A model generated the notes under the pieces. That model saw nothing but the letters and a program-made list of their open reading frames with translations. It made no database searches and had not been told where the DNA came from. A DNA stretch of 63,104 nucleotides, the filler included, from Saprolegnia diclina VS20 (Eukaryota): NCBI RefSeq assembly GCF_000281045.1. It is 5 parts of 2 records of this genome, joined end to end, with 100 filler letters (N's around TTAATTAATTAA, not from the genome) between each part and the next. Parts side by side here need not be neighbours in the genome. Positions count along the whole stretch, not along the records: positions 1 to 13,376 come from NW_008246069.1; 4 more parts are not named here. One strand, 5' to 3'. Shown in pieces: positions 1-11,375 of the stretch. Every line of letters starts with the position of its first letter. Position 1 is the stretch's first letter. A program made the position numbers and the translations under genes.

Positions 1-359
1 AGTGTCGAGCTACAGATCGAGTCTTCGAATCCGAAAGAGAGCGATTGGGTCCACGAGGTGCAGGACCGAGGTTGCTCCACAATTAGAGCTCTATTGGAAG
101 CGGAGAAAGGCTTGTTGGTTCATCACTAGTGGCCGATACTGCCAAACACATTTGATGTATTTTTTCAAAATCTGTCAGTCACCGAGGAGGTGATTTTGCC
201 GAGACGCTTGCAGCCGGTCGAGCCCGTCGCATCGAGGCGTACTTCGAATGGAACTGCCGTTTGCATATAGAGCAATTTGAGACTAGGTGGTGATGGCACC
301 GACGATTTTGTACGCGCCAGTGTCGAGCTACAGATCGAGTCTTAGAATCAGAACGAGAG
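1..359 (+). repeat. Dispersed direct repeat pair (1..41 and 319..359)
   Basis: agtgtcgagctacagatcgagtcttcgaatccgaaagagag versus agtgtcgagctacagatcgagtcttagaatcagaacgagag, 38/41 identical. The first copy is at the window edge. Confidence 0.85.
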
Positions 360-818
360 TACACTAGTACAATGCTTGCTATGTTGGATGTACAGCGCAA
401 CCACATACTAGATCAAGTGCTCTGCTAAGCCGAAGTCCTAGTTTGCATTACCACGAATATCAACCTGTCGACCGCCTTTATTTACATAGATGAGCAGACC
501 ATGACGGTCGTTCACATGCTAAAACGTTGTAAGCTGGCTGCACCCGGACGCGCAGTCCTTGTCGACGAACAGCGCGGGACGCGACTTCCTGGTCGTACTC
601 GACAACTCAACTTGAGGCGGCTGGTTTCCAGCGCCGGTAGAATCGCTGTGTTGGCGAAACCGTCCAAAATCGCTTGACCTCAAAGGGCGTTGTGTAGGGG
701 GCCTAGCCCTTTTACTTTTTTTCTTCGATTTTGAAACAAGCGATGAGTAGGTAATAGAATAAAAAGGGCGCCTAAAAAATCAGAGTGGTCGCGTCGATGA
801 GATGCGGTGGCGGCAAGC

Positions 819-3800
819 ATGCCCGCGCGCCCGTCGAAGGCTCGACTAAGCGCGCGCGAACCTTCGACTAACTACGAGGTGGCTTCCATTTTCCAGAGAG
901 CTCGAAGCAGAGGTGACGATGGAGGGCCGCTTCGTCCTCAAGCGCGCCGGCCTCGGCGGAACGGTCGCGTACGAGCTCGACGCGGCAAATGTTACGGCGG
1001 CCTTTCCCTCACACGACATCACGGCGGTGCTCAAGGCCATGGTCGAGGTGTCGCTCCGCGACGTCGGCGATCTCGCTCCCAAGGACGCGCACGACGTCGA
1101 CACCGCCAAGCTCAAGGCCTTCTTCCCGGACGGCGTCCAGGCCACCGACACGATTGTCGTGCTGCCGTACAACGACGTGCGCGCGCAAATGGTGCTGCCC
1201 ACCGATCTCCCGACACTTCCTCACGGCCACCGCGCTGCGTTTCTCGGGCGGGTCAAGCTGGAGCTCGCTCCGGAAATCGACCCGACGCGGTACATCGCCA
1301 TTGGTGGCCAGCAACTCGACCTGCTCCTTACGGGGAAGCATCGCGGCAACATGCTGTGGAAGCGCGCGGTCCAAAGATTACTGGATGCCTCAGCTGCTCC
1401 GGTCGGCCAGCCTCGCATCGGTCAGCCGACGACACCCCAGCGTATCGGCGCGCGCCTCATCAAGTCTCCGTCCGCCCGGAGCTTGCAGCCGTCGCGATCG
1501 CCAAAGTTGATTGAATTCATTCCACCGCCGTCGCCGGCGTCGTCGCCTGCAAAGAAGAAGAAGGCCGGCGCGCGTCTCCAGGCGGCGACGCAGCTCGACC
1601 CGATCGCGACCATGAACAAGGCGTTCGACGACGCCAAGTCGCCCAAGACGCTGGAATCGTCGACCAAAACGACGCGCGAATTTTTGCTACGAGTGCTTTT
1701 GTCCGAGACGCCCGAGTTCCACTCCAAGATGTCGACCGCAGATACGTACAAGGAGCATTTTGACGCGCTTCTCATTTCGGAAGCCCAAGCTGCGATCCTC
1801 TCGGGGTACATTTGCTCTCGATATCGCACGATTATCTCATATTTTCCGTGCAACTGCAGACAAACAACGCTGCCTGCTACGGTCACATCGCTCGTGGCCT
1901 CGTTCGAAGGGGTCTCGGACCCCAACGCGGCGACGTTCGAGACGCAGGACGAGCACACGCTCAACGTGAGCGACGTTGTCCGCCTCAATGTGCGTGCATC
2001 GGCTGCCTCTTTCCATCTCGCCTACATGCGATTAGGTTGACAACTCGCGCCATGCCATTGGCATCGTCGAGAGCGTGCGCGGGCAGACCATCGACGTCGT
2101 CTTCCTCCAAGCGCACAAAAAGGCGCTCGACCTCCCAAAGGCCAAGGCGATCGAAGCCAAGGTGGTCGTGTCGTTGGTGACGACGCTGCGGATGCTCCAC
2201 GGCGTCGGCTCCGTCGACCAGCTGCCCGAGCACTTGCGCGACGTCGTGCTCAACCAGTCGAGTGCTACCGCAACTCTCTCGGTGCTCAAGACTGCCGCGG
2301 CCACGCTTCGCGACGTCATCAAGAGCTCAACCGGGGCGCTAAAGCCGTCGACCAAGGGCAAAGGCAAGAAGACGCCCAAGAAGAAGGTACATTGCTTTCT
2401 TTGCAGTGTCTCGCGCTACCTCCATGCGACAGATGGCCAAGGAAGACGAAGACGTCGTGCTGACGCTTTTGGCCGAGCTCGCCAAGATGAAAACCTCGGT
2501 CGAAAGCCTCGAGGTACGATACCATAGTCTTCTTTGTGTCTCAATGTCTCAACCTATTCTATCTAGGCGACCAAGATCCATGAAGTCGTGGCCGAGCTTG
2601 TCGACAAGGCCAAGGCGCCCACCGAAGCGATTGCGATGGCAGCGGCCACCCTTACCAACTTTTACACGTTGCTCATGACGGTACACCTCTTGCTTCCACT
2701 CTGCGTAAACTTACATCTTTGTGCGCTAGCCGTCGCTCTACGACGTGGACGGCGCGGTGGCCGGGCTCATCGCGACGGAGGTCAACTCGTCGCAATTTCA
2801 GGCGCTGCGTCGCGGCCTCGGCAACCTCGAGACCGGCATCTCGCTTTGGAAGGGGCCGCCGGGTACCGGCAAGACGACAACGATCTGCGCCCTTCTTTCG
2901 TCTCTCCTCTCCAAGGCGTCGCAGTCCAAGGACCGGTTGCCATGCGTCCTCGTGACCTCAGATTCCAACGCCGCGATCGATGAAATCATCGAGCGCGTCT
3001 TCTCGGTCGGCATCTACCTCGTCGGTCACGAGACAAAGGTCCAAGCGCAACTGCCGCGCATGGAAGGACTGGGAACCCCCCCGCTCACGGCCGTCAAGAT
3101 GGGCAGTCGACATCGCGCGCGGGACATTGGCCTCGCGACGGCGGCTGCGCAGTACAAGAAGGAGATCAACGACGCGCTCGACAAGCTTGGTGACAACGAC
3201 AAGCGCGCCCTGAACCTCCACGTCGAGAAGGATATGAGCAAGTGGAAGCTGTTGGCGCGCGTTGCGGACAAGGCCAACATCGTCTTCGCGACGCATTCGT
3301 CGTGCGCTGGTTCCGACATGACGCACAAGCTCCGGCATTCGGGGTGCGCCTCTCTCACCCGATGACTACTCATTGTGTCTGTAGCTTTGACGCGGTCATT
3401 GTCGATGAGTGCGGCCAAGCGACCGAGCCAAGCTCGCTTCTCGCGCTCCTCGCGCAAGCCGGTCGGTTCTTTTTCGTTGGCGACACCAAGCAACTCGCGC
3501 CGACGGTGCTGAGCGACGACGCCAAGAAGCACGGGTTTGCCGTCTCGCTCATGGAGCGCCTCGAAGCGTATCTGCCCGTGACGATGCTCACCGTACGTAC
3601 CACAATGCTCGTATTTGGATTCTCACGCAACACTTGTAGGAGCAACACCGCATGCACCCATTTATGAGAGCATTTTCGGCCGAGGCCTTCTATGACAACG
3701 CCTTGACGGACGCGCCGGCGATCGCGCGACGCGTGCTGGCCCAAGACGCAGCCATGTACGCCCACCCGATGTTCCAGCCGCTCACGGTGATCGACATTGC

Positions 3801-4791
3801 TGGCACCGAAAAGCTCGTCGGCACGTCCAAGTACAACGAAGCCGAAGTCACGTTTTGCATTGACCAGGTCGTGAGTCGCGGCGCACGTCAAGCTGACATT
3901 TCTTTTTGTAGATTGAGCAACTCATGGTGACATACCCGCGTGTCCAGAGCGGCGAGTGGAGCATCGGCATCATTACGCCGTACAAGCCGCAATTGCACAA
4001 GCTTGTGGACGCCATTGACGCCAAGGTGGCGGCTCATGTTGCGGCCAAGGTGGACACCACGCCGTGGACCCGTATTGAGGTGTCGTCGGTCGACGGCTTT
4101 CAGGTACCTCTCGCTATCGACGGTCGTTCGGTGACGCAGAACCAACGTAGGGCCGTGAGAAGGACATTATTATCGTCTCGTGCGTCACGAGTGGCAAGAT
4201 GGGCTTCCTCGCCGACGACCGACGCACGAACGTCATGACATCGCGCAGCCGCCGCTTCTGCCTCATCAACTGTTACGCGTATAGTCTCTGGACGACGCTA
4301 ACGCTGCATGACAATATAGGCAATGCCTCGGCGCTGCAAGGCCACGCGACGTGGCAGAAGCTGTTTATGCACGCCAAGGACAAATGCGCGTTTGTCGACG
4401 CCGGCACCAAGAGCTTTGCGACCGTGTGGGCCGAGACCGAAGCGGGAGATGAGCTCAAGACCCGCGTCGACCACCAGCACGCGACGCTCCGTGCGATGCT
4501 CGAGCAACAACGCGTCGATGACGAGGAGGAAAAGGCGGACCCCGATGAGGAAGAGAAGAAGGGCCCGGACGAGGAAGAGACCACAGACGAGACGCTGCAG
4601 GACGGCAAGCGCAAGCGCCGCGACAGTCCCAAGGTACGTCTCTGTTGCAACGTCTTATGGATCGCATTCGACTCGGCATCTAGGGTCACGACACTCCCAA
4701 GAAACGTCTTGGCGCCGCGCAAGGGGTAGGGCTACAGTGAGACGTCGCCCCGATGGCTCATGGGAAAATGTAGAAGGCGCGTCGAACGTGA
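819..4791 (+). CDS. Sen1/Upf1-like superfamily 1 helicase (AAA_11/AAA_12 type), multi-exon, with an unrecognised N-terminal region
   Basis: Walker A KGPPGTGKTT, LVTSDSNAAIDE, VIVDECGQATEP, VGDTKQLAPTV, SLMERL, QHRMHP, YNEAE, IGIITPYKPQ, VSSVDGFQGREKD (spliced), GFLADDRRTNVMTSRSR across successive exons. Start and stop are inferred from splice-site reading. Confidence 0.85.
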
Positions 4792-5314
4792 CCGAGGACG
4801 ACGCACGCCAGTATGCACGTCACCAGCCCGCGGACCGCGCGTGCGCTTCACATTATTTAATTCATATTTAATGCGTATTTAACACAAACACCTGCATCTT
4901 GATTGCTATCGCTGCTATAGGCAAACTACTGTTCCAGTGCGCCACAATATAATTGTCCCTTGAGGAATCATGACATCAAGACCACGAGTGTGGCCATCGA
5001 CGCAGGCCACTGGGCAAATACTCATCATCACCATATTTGCTTCGTGCACGCTCATGACAGCGTCGTGAAGGGAAATAAGGTTCACCCAACCACCATCAAG
5101 CCACTCCTAGCGTCTCTCAGGACCCTAGTCCACGATGATTGCGGAGCTTCAGCGGGCGCTTCACTATCGCCTCTTTTTTTCGACGTCACGTTAATACGGT
5201 GCATAAAGCTCCTTCACTCGGCCGTGTGGATCGTGATGGGTCCTTCCTTCTTGCGGCTGCAGCAAAGGTCAAAACCAAACCCTTGGCTATCAGCGACAAT
5301 ATTATTTTACTTGC

Positions 5315-6253
5315 CTAGTGCATCCACTGCCAGAGCGGCTGCGCGATTGGCACGTCAGTGAGCGCGGCGAGCTCGGCGTCAAAGCGCGCCCACTGCGCAG
5401 CTGACGGCGACCTTCCTTGCGCAGTCGCCACGTCCACGTAGTGTTTCCAGTCGCCGCACTCGCCCTTTCGAAAGAGCATCGCGCGCATCGAGTTGGCATG
5501 CGCCGCTTGCATCGCCCGGAACGACGCTTGCGCTGCAACAGCTTGGCGCTTGGCGGGCGTCAGCTTCGCGAGGCCCAAAAACGCTGCTAGCACTTCGAGC
5601 TGCGCGTCAAAGTCCGACAGAAATGCTTCATAGTAGAGCACGAGGCAGTGGGAGGGGTAGGCGTTGACGTAGGCCTGTAGATGCCGCATGTAGCCAAAGT
5701 AATCGCCATAAATCGCGTCGCAGTTGGCGCCCGGGAGGAACCGGTCGAGGCTGCCAACGTTGTCCGTCGTGGTGCACCACGGAACGGTGTGGAGCTTGTT
5801 CTGCATGCAATGCAGCGAGACATAGACGTCTTTCGGGTTGCGCAACATGATGAGCACGCGGCCGACGGGCGGCGGCAGCAGGTCGGCGCGGAGGTGCGAG
5901 CTAAAGATGCGCGGCGATGCCTGGTGCAAAATATCGTCGAGCGTGAACGACGGAAAAGGCGGATGGCCCGTCTCGTCGCGGTGGAGCCACTCGGGGTAGA
6001 GCTGGCCATAGGCGACTGCAGCGTCTTTGTCGGCATCCAACGTCGGAATGTCACCGGTGGCGTCGACGCGCGTCACCAAGTAGAGGAGCTTTTGGAGGTA
6101 CGTCGTGCCGCACTTGGGGTACGTGAGCGCGAGTACATCGTCCGGGCGAAACTCGTGGACGCAAAACGCGAGGTAGCTCGCTTCGTCAAAGAAGCTGCTG
6201 ACGTTGACGCCCTTGTAGAGCTTGCGATCCGGCAACCCGCGCGGTCGATCCAT
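5315..6253 (-). CDS. Cytosolic-type sulfotransferase (Sulfotransfer_1), intronless
   Basis: PAPS-binding motifs TYPKCGTT, RNPKDVYVS and FRKGECGDWK, plus SPRIFSSHL. ATG chosen at MDRPRG. Confidence 0.9.
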   Translation of the reverse strand: MDRPRGLPDRKLYKGVNVSSFFDEASYLAFCVHEFRPDDVLALTYPKCGTTYLQKLLYLVTRVDATGDIPTLDADKDAAVAYGQLYPEWLHRDETGHPPFPSFTLDDILHQASPRIFSSHLRADLLPPPVGRVLIMLRNPKDVYVSLHCMQNKLHTVPWCTTTDNVGSLDRFLPGANCDAIYGDYFGYMRHLQAYVNAYPSHCLVLYYEAFLSDFDAQLEVLAAFLGLAKLTPAKRQAVAAQASFRAMQAAHANSMRAMLFRKGECGDWKHYVDVATAQGRSPSAAQWARFDAELAALTDVPIAQPLWQWMH

Positions 6254-6730
6254 TGCGCCTCGTGGTTTCTCGAACGCGTGTTTGGTTATAGAAGAGGAGG
6301 CCTGCGTTGTTCTTGCGCCCGTTGGGACGAGCCAGTTGCCAGTCACAGCGATAGCAAAGAATCCCGTTGAGCAAGCCTAACGGTCGGACGACGCCTCCAT
6401 CAAGGCAGTAGGAGCGATGATTAGGTGTCGATGACGAAAGGTGGTGTCGGCGCGGGAGGTTGGCGGCAGCATGCTCGAGACAGACTCGATCTACTTGATC
6501 GCTACAGTGCTCCAGAGCACTCTAGCTCGTGTAGCGTCCTCCAGGCGGCTGCTGACGTCCCAAGAGCTCGTGCACGTTGGTGTGAAGTGACAACTGTGAG
6601 CCAGAGCTCGTCTGTCGCCACTCTTGCTTGTCAACCAAGGAAAATAAGTTCGTATTTCCGTCGTTGTCAACTGAGGGCAGACGGCGTCTTGGGCGAGGCA
6701 CCTCCGAATATGGCAACGACTTTGGTTATA

Positions 6731-8835
6731 TTAGGCGAGTGAGACAACGGTGGTTTGGAGTTTGCGGAGGAGGCCGCTCGGCATGGCGAGCTGCGCCGGG
6801 GGTGACAGACTGCCAAACCACAAGAGCACCGGACTCAAGTACTCTTTGGCGAGCGTTTTGGCCGAGACGCGACTGGCAACTTCAAGAAGACCGACGGCTG
6901 CGGCAGCGCGCAGATGCGGATCACCTACAACCATCATACATTCATCATAGCACCATAGTACATAATACATAATATCATACAGTGGGTGTTTTGAACGACG
7001 GGCAGGAGACGCTCGATCATGCTTTTGGCGGCGTTCGTGTCGGTGGCTTCGTCTGCACACGGGTGCTCGAGCAGCGTCGCCGCCGTCACTCCTACAACCA
7101 TCAATCTATCAATGTGTCGAGTCGAGACCAAATGTGTTTACCGAGAAGACGCACGCTCACGGACGTCGTCTCTGCCAGGAGCTCTTGCACGGACGGAAAC
7201 ATTTGCATGCATTTTGCGTAGCCGTGCACGAGGCAGAGAAGACGGAGACTCTCTTGCATCTCAAACAGCATCGTGTCGGTCGGCGCGCTCGTTACAAAGC
7301 CAGCAGCGATCGCGTCGGCATCCGCAGCAACCGCGCCGCTGCAGAGCGCGTACATGTCTTGAATCGGGGTTATTTGCAACTCGGTGTGCTCGTCCACGCC
7401 CTCTCGCGCCGCCACGAGTGTGCCAAGCTACTTGCTCATGAGCCATTCTCCCCAAAACGGACGACAGACGTACGAGATACCGCACCGTGATGGCCAAGAG
7501 CGACGTCGACGCCTTTGCCCCGAGCTGCGTCAGCGCCAGTGGCCAGCTCTCGGCGACTGCGACAAAGTCAAAGAGGTGGCGGTTCGGCGCTGCAAGGCGG
7601 TCGAGAAGAAAAGCGGTCGTAGCCGCAAGCGACCCGATGCGGCGGCTAAAGAGCGTGTGCACGCGGCACCAGCCCACCTGGAGCTTCATCGGCAGGTTCT
7701 TCTTGCGACCAACGTGCTGCGTGATCGTTGCGAGCGCTACGGCCGCGTCGGACGGCGTCGGCGCCACTTGAGAGAGGACGTCGACGTGCAAAGCAATGTC
7801 TTTGCCGATCGGCGCGGTGGCCACGAACGCCGACGCAACGTCGGTGATTGGAATTTGGTGGTGTCGCATCGCCTTGCGCAGCTTGGGCAGCAGCATCAAC
7901 TACGAACGACAAGAAGTTAACATGGGAAGAACTACAAGTCGTACCGAGGTCGCGACTTTGTCTTCGTTGCCAAAGACAGCCCCGTAGAAGAGAGCGAGGA
8001 TCTTGGTCGCGCGGTACGTTGTGCTGCCCGATGACATGCTCGCGACCTGGAGAAACCGGTTGATGTTCTGGGGCATCGACTCGTCACGCTTGCGCTTCTT
8101 GGCGGTAGGCGCAGCGTCTGTCGTCTCGGGAGCGGTTGTTGTCTCCGTTGTCGGCGCCGTCTCGGTGGGCGTTGTCGGCGTCTCGGTCGGCGGTGCCGTT
8201 GTCGGCGTCACCGTCGTTGTCGCTGTCGTCGTCGTTGTAGAGGGCACATGCGTGGTCGGTAGCGGAAGCGGCGTCATTGCCTTGGGCGACGCACCCGCGG
8301 CAGCCCGCCCAAGAAGCATGGCTACAGTCTTGGGCTCGTCGTCGTCCGAGTCGGTGTCTGAGCCCGTTGCAAGGATGCCAGAGCCAGCGTCCGAAACAGA
8401 GTCGTCGTCGTCTGAGCTACTGCTGCTTGCGTCGTCTGATGCTGGAGCGTCGTTTTGTACGGGCGTGGCCAGCGCTGGCAGCGGGTCGGCGACGGCGCGT
8501 ACTACAGTTGGCGACAGAGCACGTTGTACGGGTTGTTGTCTAGCAGCCGCCTCTTGCGCTCGCTGCAATCGAGTGACCTAGTCTCGCAGGCTATACATGT
8601 GTGTGCGCGCATGGCAATGGCGTACCTCGACGCGGAGCTTGGCAATGACGCGGACATGGTCAGCATTCATCGCCTGGAGGTCGGCGTTGGTCGCTTGGAG
8701 ATCCTGGATCGTCTTCTGCGCGTCCTCAACCTGGAAGCGGTACGAAGCAAGCTTCTCCGCGGCCTGCTTCATGCGCAGCTTTGTGAGCGTCTTGTACGAG
8801 CGGAGCTTCTCGAGCTCATCGTTGGTGTCGGCCAT
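6731..8835 (-). CDS. Hypothetical protein, multi-exon: N-terminal coiled coil, S/D/T/P-rich linker with a KKRKR NLS-like motif, helical C-terminus
   Basis: Consecutive minus-strand ORFs (8578-8835, 7900-8568, 7261-7899, 7101-7415, 6731-7060) separated by short GT-AG gaps. No family recognised. Confidence 0.65.
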
Positions 8836-9784
8836 GCTCGACCGGTGGTCCGGAAGGGAGAATCGAAGTAAAAAGCGAAGATCGCGAACATGTTTAAACA
8901 TAAAACCGCGATTCGGTTAAAGGTTAAACACCGGATCTCGGGGTTCGAATGCACCTCTGCAATGCGCACCCGTGATTTGTGTTTGCTGCCGAATGGGAGC
9001 TAGCCGGGCTGCTGTAGCCGGGGCTATATTGCCACTCATGGAGAACCAAGTGGCGCTCTTCACGTACACGCGCACGCTACAATACAAAGGGCATGCAGAT
9101 TCCGAAATGACAGATTCCGGCGTCTCTCTTTGACGCTCACGTAGCGCGAGTAGCCACAACTCATTACTTGCTTCTGAGCAGTCGTGGGTCGAGTCGTCCA
9201 GCGCAAGGAGCATCTACCGCGGCCTTTTCTCCAGAGCGATATAATTGCAATGTTTGCCAGCACTACTAGTTGACGCGTCAGCGTACCCTACACCTAATTC
9301 CAGCGCGGGGCGGTTCCTTCTGTGCAGTTCGACCTGGCATCGACCCTGCATTGTCACGGAGTCTGGTGCGCACCTACAACTGGTGTAACCGGTAGCTTCA
9401 AACGGTTGTTAGCTGTTTGTTTGTTGTTGTGCCGCTCGCCGGAACCAGATCGCGCGCGCGGTTGAAAGGGGCATGTCCAAGGCCGGAAGCACTGCCACGA
9501 CGACTGTCCCAGCCCAGAGTCTAGAGCTCAGCGCCAGACGATTTGTACGCAACTACTCTATGGGAATACTTTCGGTCGTCGTGTGTAGACGATGCTGGGT
9601 TGCGTGTGAGTTTGCACTTCTGGCGCGGCTGTCCTTCGAACTTCGACACGTGGCAGCCACGATCGGCGTTCCGCACTTGCACGTGGGCGACGACGTCCAC
9701 GGTTGGCGCCATGGTCTATGAACGCGGACATTACACATGGCGCGCGCCGTAAGTAGGAATGCAGCCATTCTCGTACTTTCTAGC

Positions 9785-11296
9785 ATGACGCCGACGCAGT
9801 CACCGACACCGGCGCTCGAGACGCCGTCGTCGCCCTTTGCTACCGCGCGGACGTGGGCGTGGGCACACAAGAAGCTGCTCAGTGCGATCGGTGTTGCCGC
9901 CGTCGTCGGTACCGTCCTCGCCGTCGTCACGATCGGCCCCGAGTTTGGCGCAGCGGCCCGTGTCTCGACCGGTGCGAACGGCGCTGGCATTTGCTACGAC
10001 TCGACGGAAAACGCCGCCGACGTCGAGCGTCATTTCGGCATCATCAAGCAGCGCTACTCGTCCGTGCGCACGTACAAAGTGACGTTCGGTGGCAAGAACA
10101 TGATTGACGTCGCCGCCGACGCCGGTCTCTCGATCGCGGTCGGTGTCTGGATCGAAGGCGGCAACTGGGACTCGGAGCTTCAAGCTGCGATTGACGGCAC
10201 GAAGCGCCATCCCGGCAGCGTCAAGGCCATCTACATTGGCAACGAAGAGCTCCACAAGGGCTGGGGTGCCGGCGCCGTCATCGACGCCATCAACAAGGGC
10301 AAGTCTGCGATCCGGGCCGCGGGCATCAACGTGCCTGTCGGTACCGTCCAGATCGACGGTGACTTCTTGAACAACCCGCAGGTCGCCGACGCCTGCGACT
10401 CGATCGGTGTCAATCTGTATCCGTTCTTCAGCGGCGCGGCGTCGATCAACGACCCGATGGGCGATCTCAACGCGCGCTGGAACGCGATCACCAACAAGTG
10501 GGGCGGGAAGGCGCGCATCACCGAGTCGGGCTGGCCCTCGGCCGGCGGTGCGTTCAACGGCCACCAGTGCACTTACGACAACGCCAAGAAATACCACGAC
10601 TCGTTCAACGACTGGGCGTCCTCGAACGGCGGCGACACAACCTACTACTTTATGTTCAAGGACGTGCCCAACAAGGGTGGCTTTGAGCAGTCCTTTGGCG
10701 TCGCCGACACGCAAGGCAAGTGGAAGTTTGGCGGTGGCCCACCGGCACCGCCGACACCCGCCCCGACACCGGCACCGACGCCGGCCCCGACACCCGCGCC
10801 GACACCCGCGCCGACGCCTGAGCCAACGACGACGGCACCACCGACACCGGCACCCACTACCGAGACACCGGCCCCGACGGCGGTGGCCAACACGACGCAG
10901 CCAAGCGCGACGCCCAACGTGACGACCGACAACGTTAATGCAACGGGTTCGTACGCCGGGGCCATCGATCTCATTGCGTCGCCCGTGCAGACGCTGCCCG
11001 ACGTCGATGCGACGCCGGCGCCGACGGCCAAAGTCAATCAAATCGGTGGCAAAGACACGAACGGCGAGACCAACACCGCGTCGACGGGCGACGCCTCGAG
11101 CTCGGCCGGCGGCACGGTGCTCTCAGTCATGCTCGTATGCTCGATCGCCGTCGGTGTGAGTGCGGTCGCGTTCCTCGTCGTGCGCAACCGCAAGCGCAAC
11201 CAGGCCCTCGAAGACCAAAAGGACTTTTACACAACCGGCCACCGCGACCACAGCCTTGCGATGCTCAGCGGTCGCGAGAGCGCCGTTCTCTTGTAA
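9785..11296 (+). CDS. Glycoside hydrolase family 17 beta-1,3-glucanase/glucanosyltransferase with PT-repeat linker and C-terminal TM helix
   Basis: IYIGNEE (acid/base Glu), IGVNLYPFF, ITESGWPSAG (nucleophile Glu), FEQSFGV, PAPT repeats, hydrophobic segments near both termini. Confidence 0.92.
   Translation: MTPTQSPTPALETPSSPFATARTWAWAHKKLLSAIGVAAVVGTVLAVVTIGPEFGAAARVSTGANGAGICYDSTENAADVERHFGIIKQRYSSVRTYKVTFGGKNMIDVAADAGLSIAVGVWIEGGNWDSELQAAIDGTKRHPGSVKAIYIGNEELHKGWGAGAVIDAINKGKSAIRAAGINVPVGTVQIDGDFLNNPQVADACDSIGVNLYPFFSGAASINDPMGDLNARWNAITNKWGGKARITESGWPSAGGAFNGHQCTYDNAKKYHDSFNDWASSNGGDTTYYFMFKDVPNKGGFEQSFGVADTQGKWKFGGGPPAPPTPAPTPAPTPAPTPAPTPAPTPEPTTTAPPTPAPTTETPAPTAVANTTQPSATPNVTTDNVNATGSYAGAIDLIASPVQTLPDVDATPAPTAKVNQIGGKDTNGETNTASTGDASSSAGGTVLSVMLVCSIAVGVSAVAFLVVRNRKRNQALEDQKDFYTTGHRDHSLAMLSGRESAVLL
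10743..10822 (+). repeat. 12-bp coding tandem repeat (Pro-Thr-Pro-Ala) in the GH17 linker
   Basis: ccgacacccgcc-like units encoding PTPAPTPAPTPA... Confidence 0.85.
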
Positions 11297-11375
11297 CCCG
11301 TCTGGTGTTGTGCTAATAACACTTTTTCGTTGTGTTGAAGTCGTTGTACCACAAAATGAGTCGGCGCTTGTGCAC

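Noticed and set aside
8930..8960. GTTCGAAT T-loop-like motifs (also near 26044)
   Set aside because: No paired T-stem or cloverleaf can be built, so these are not tRNAs.
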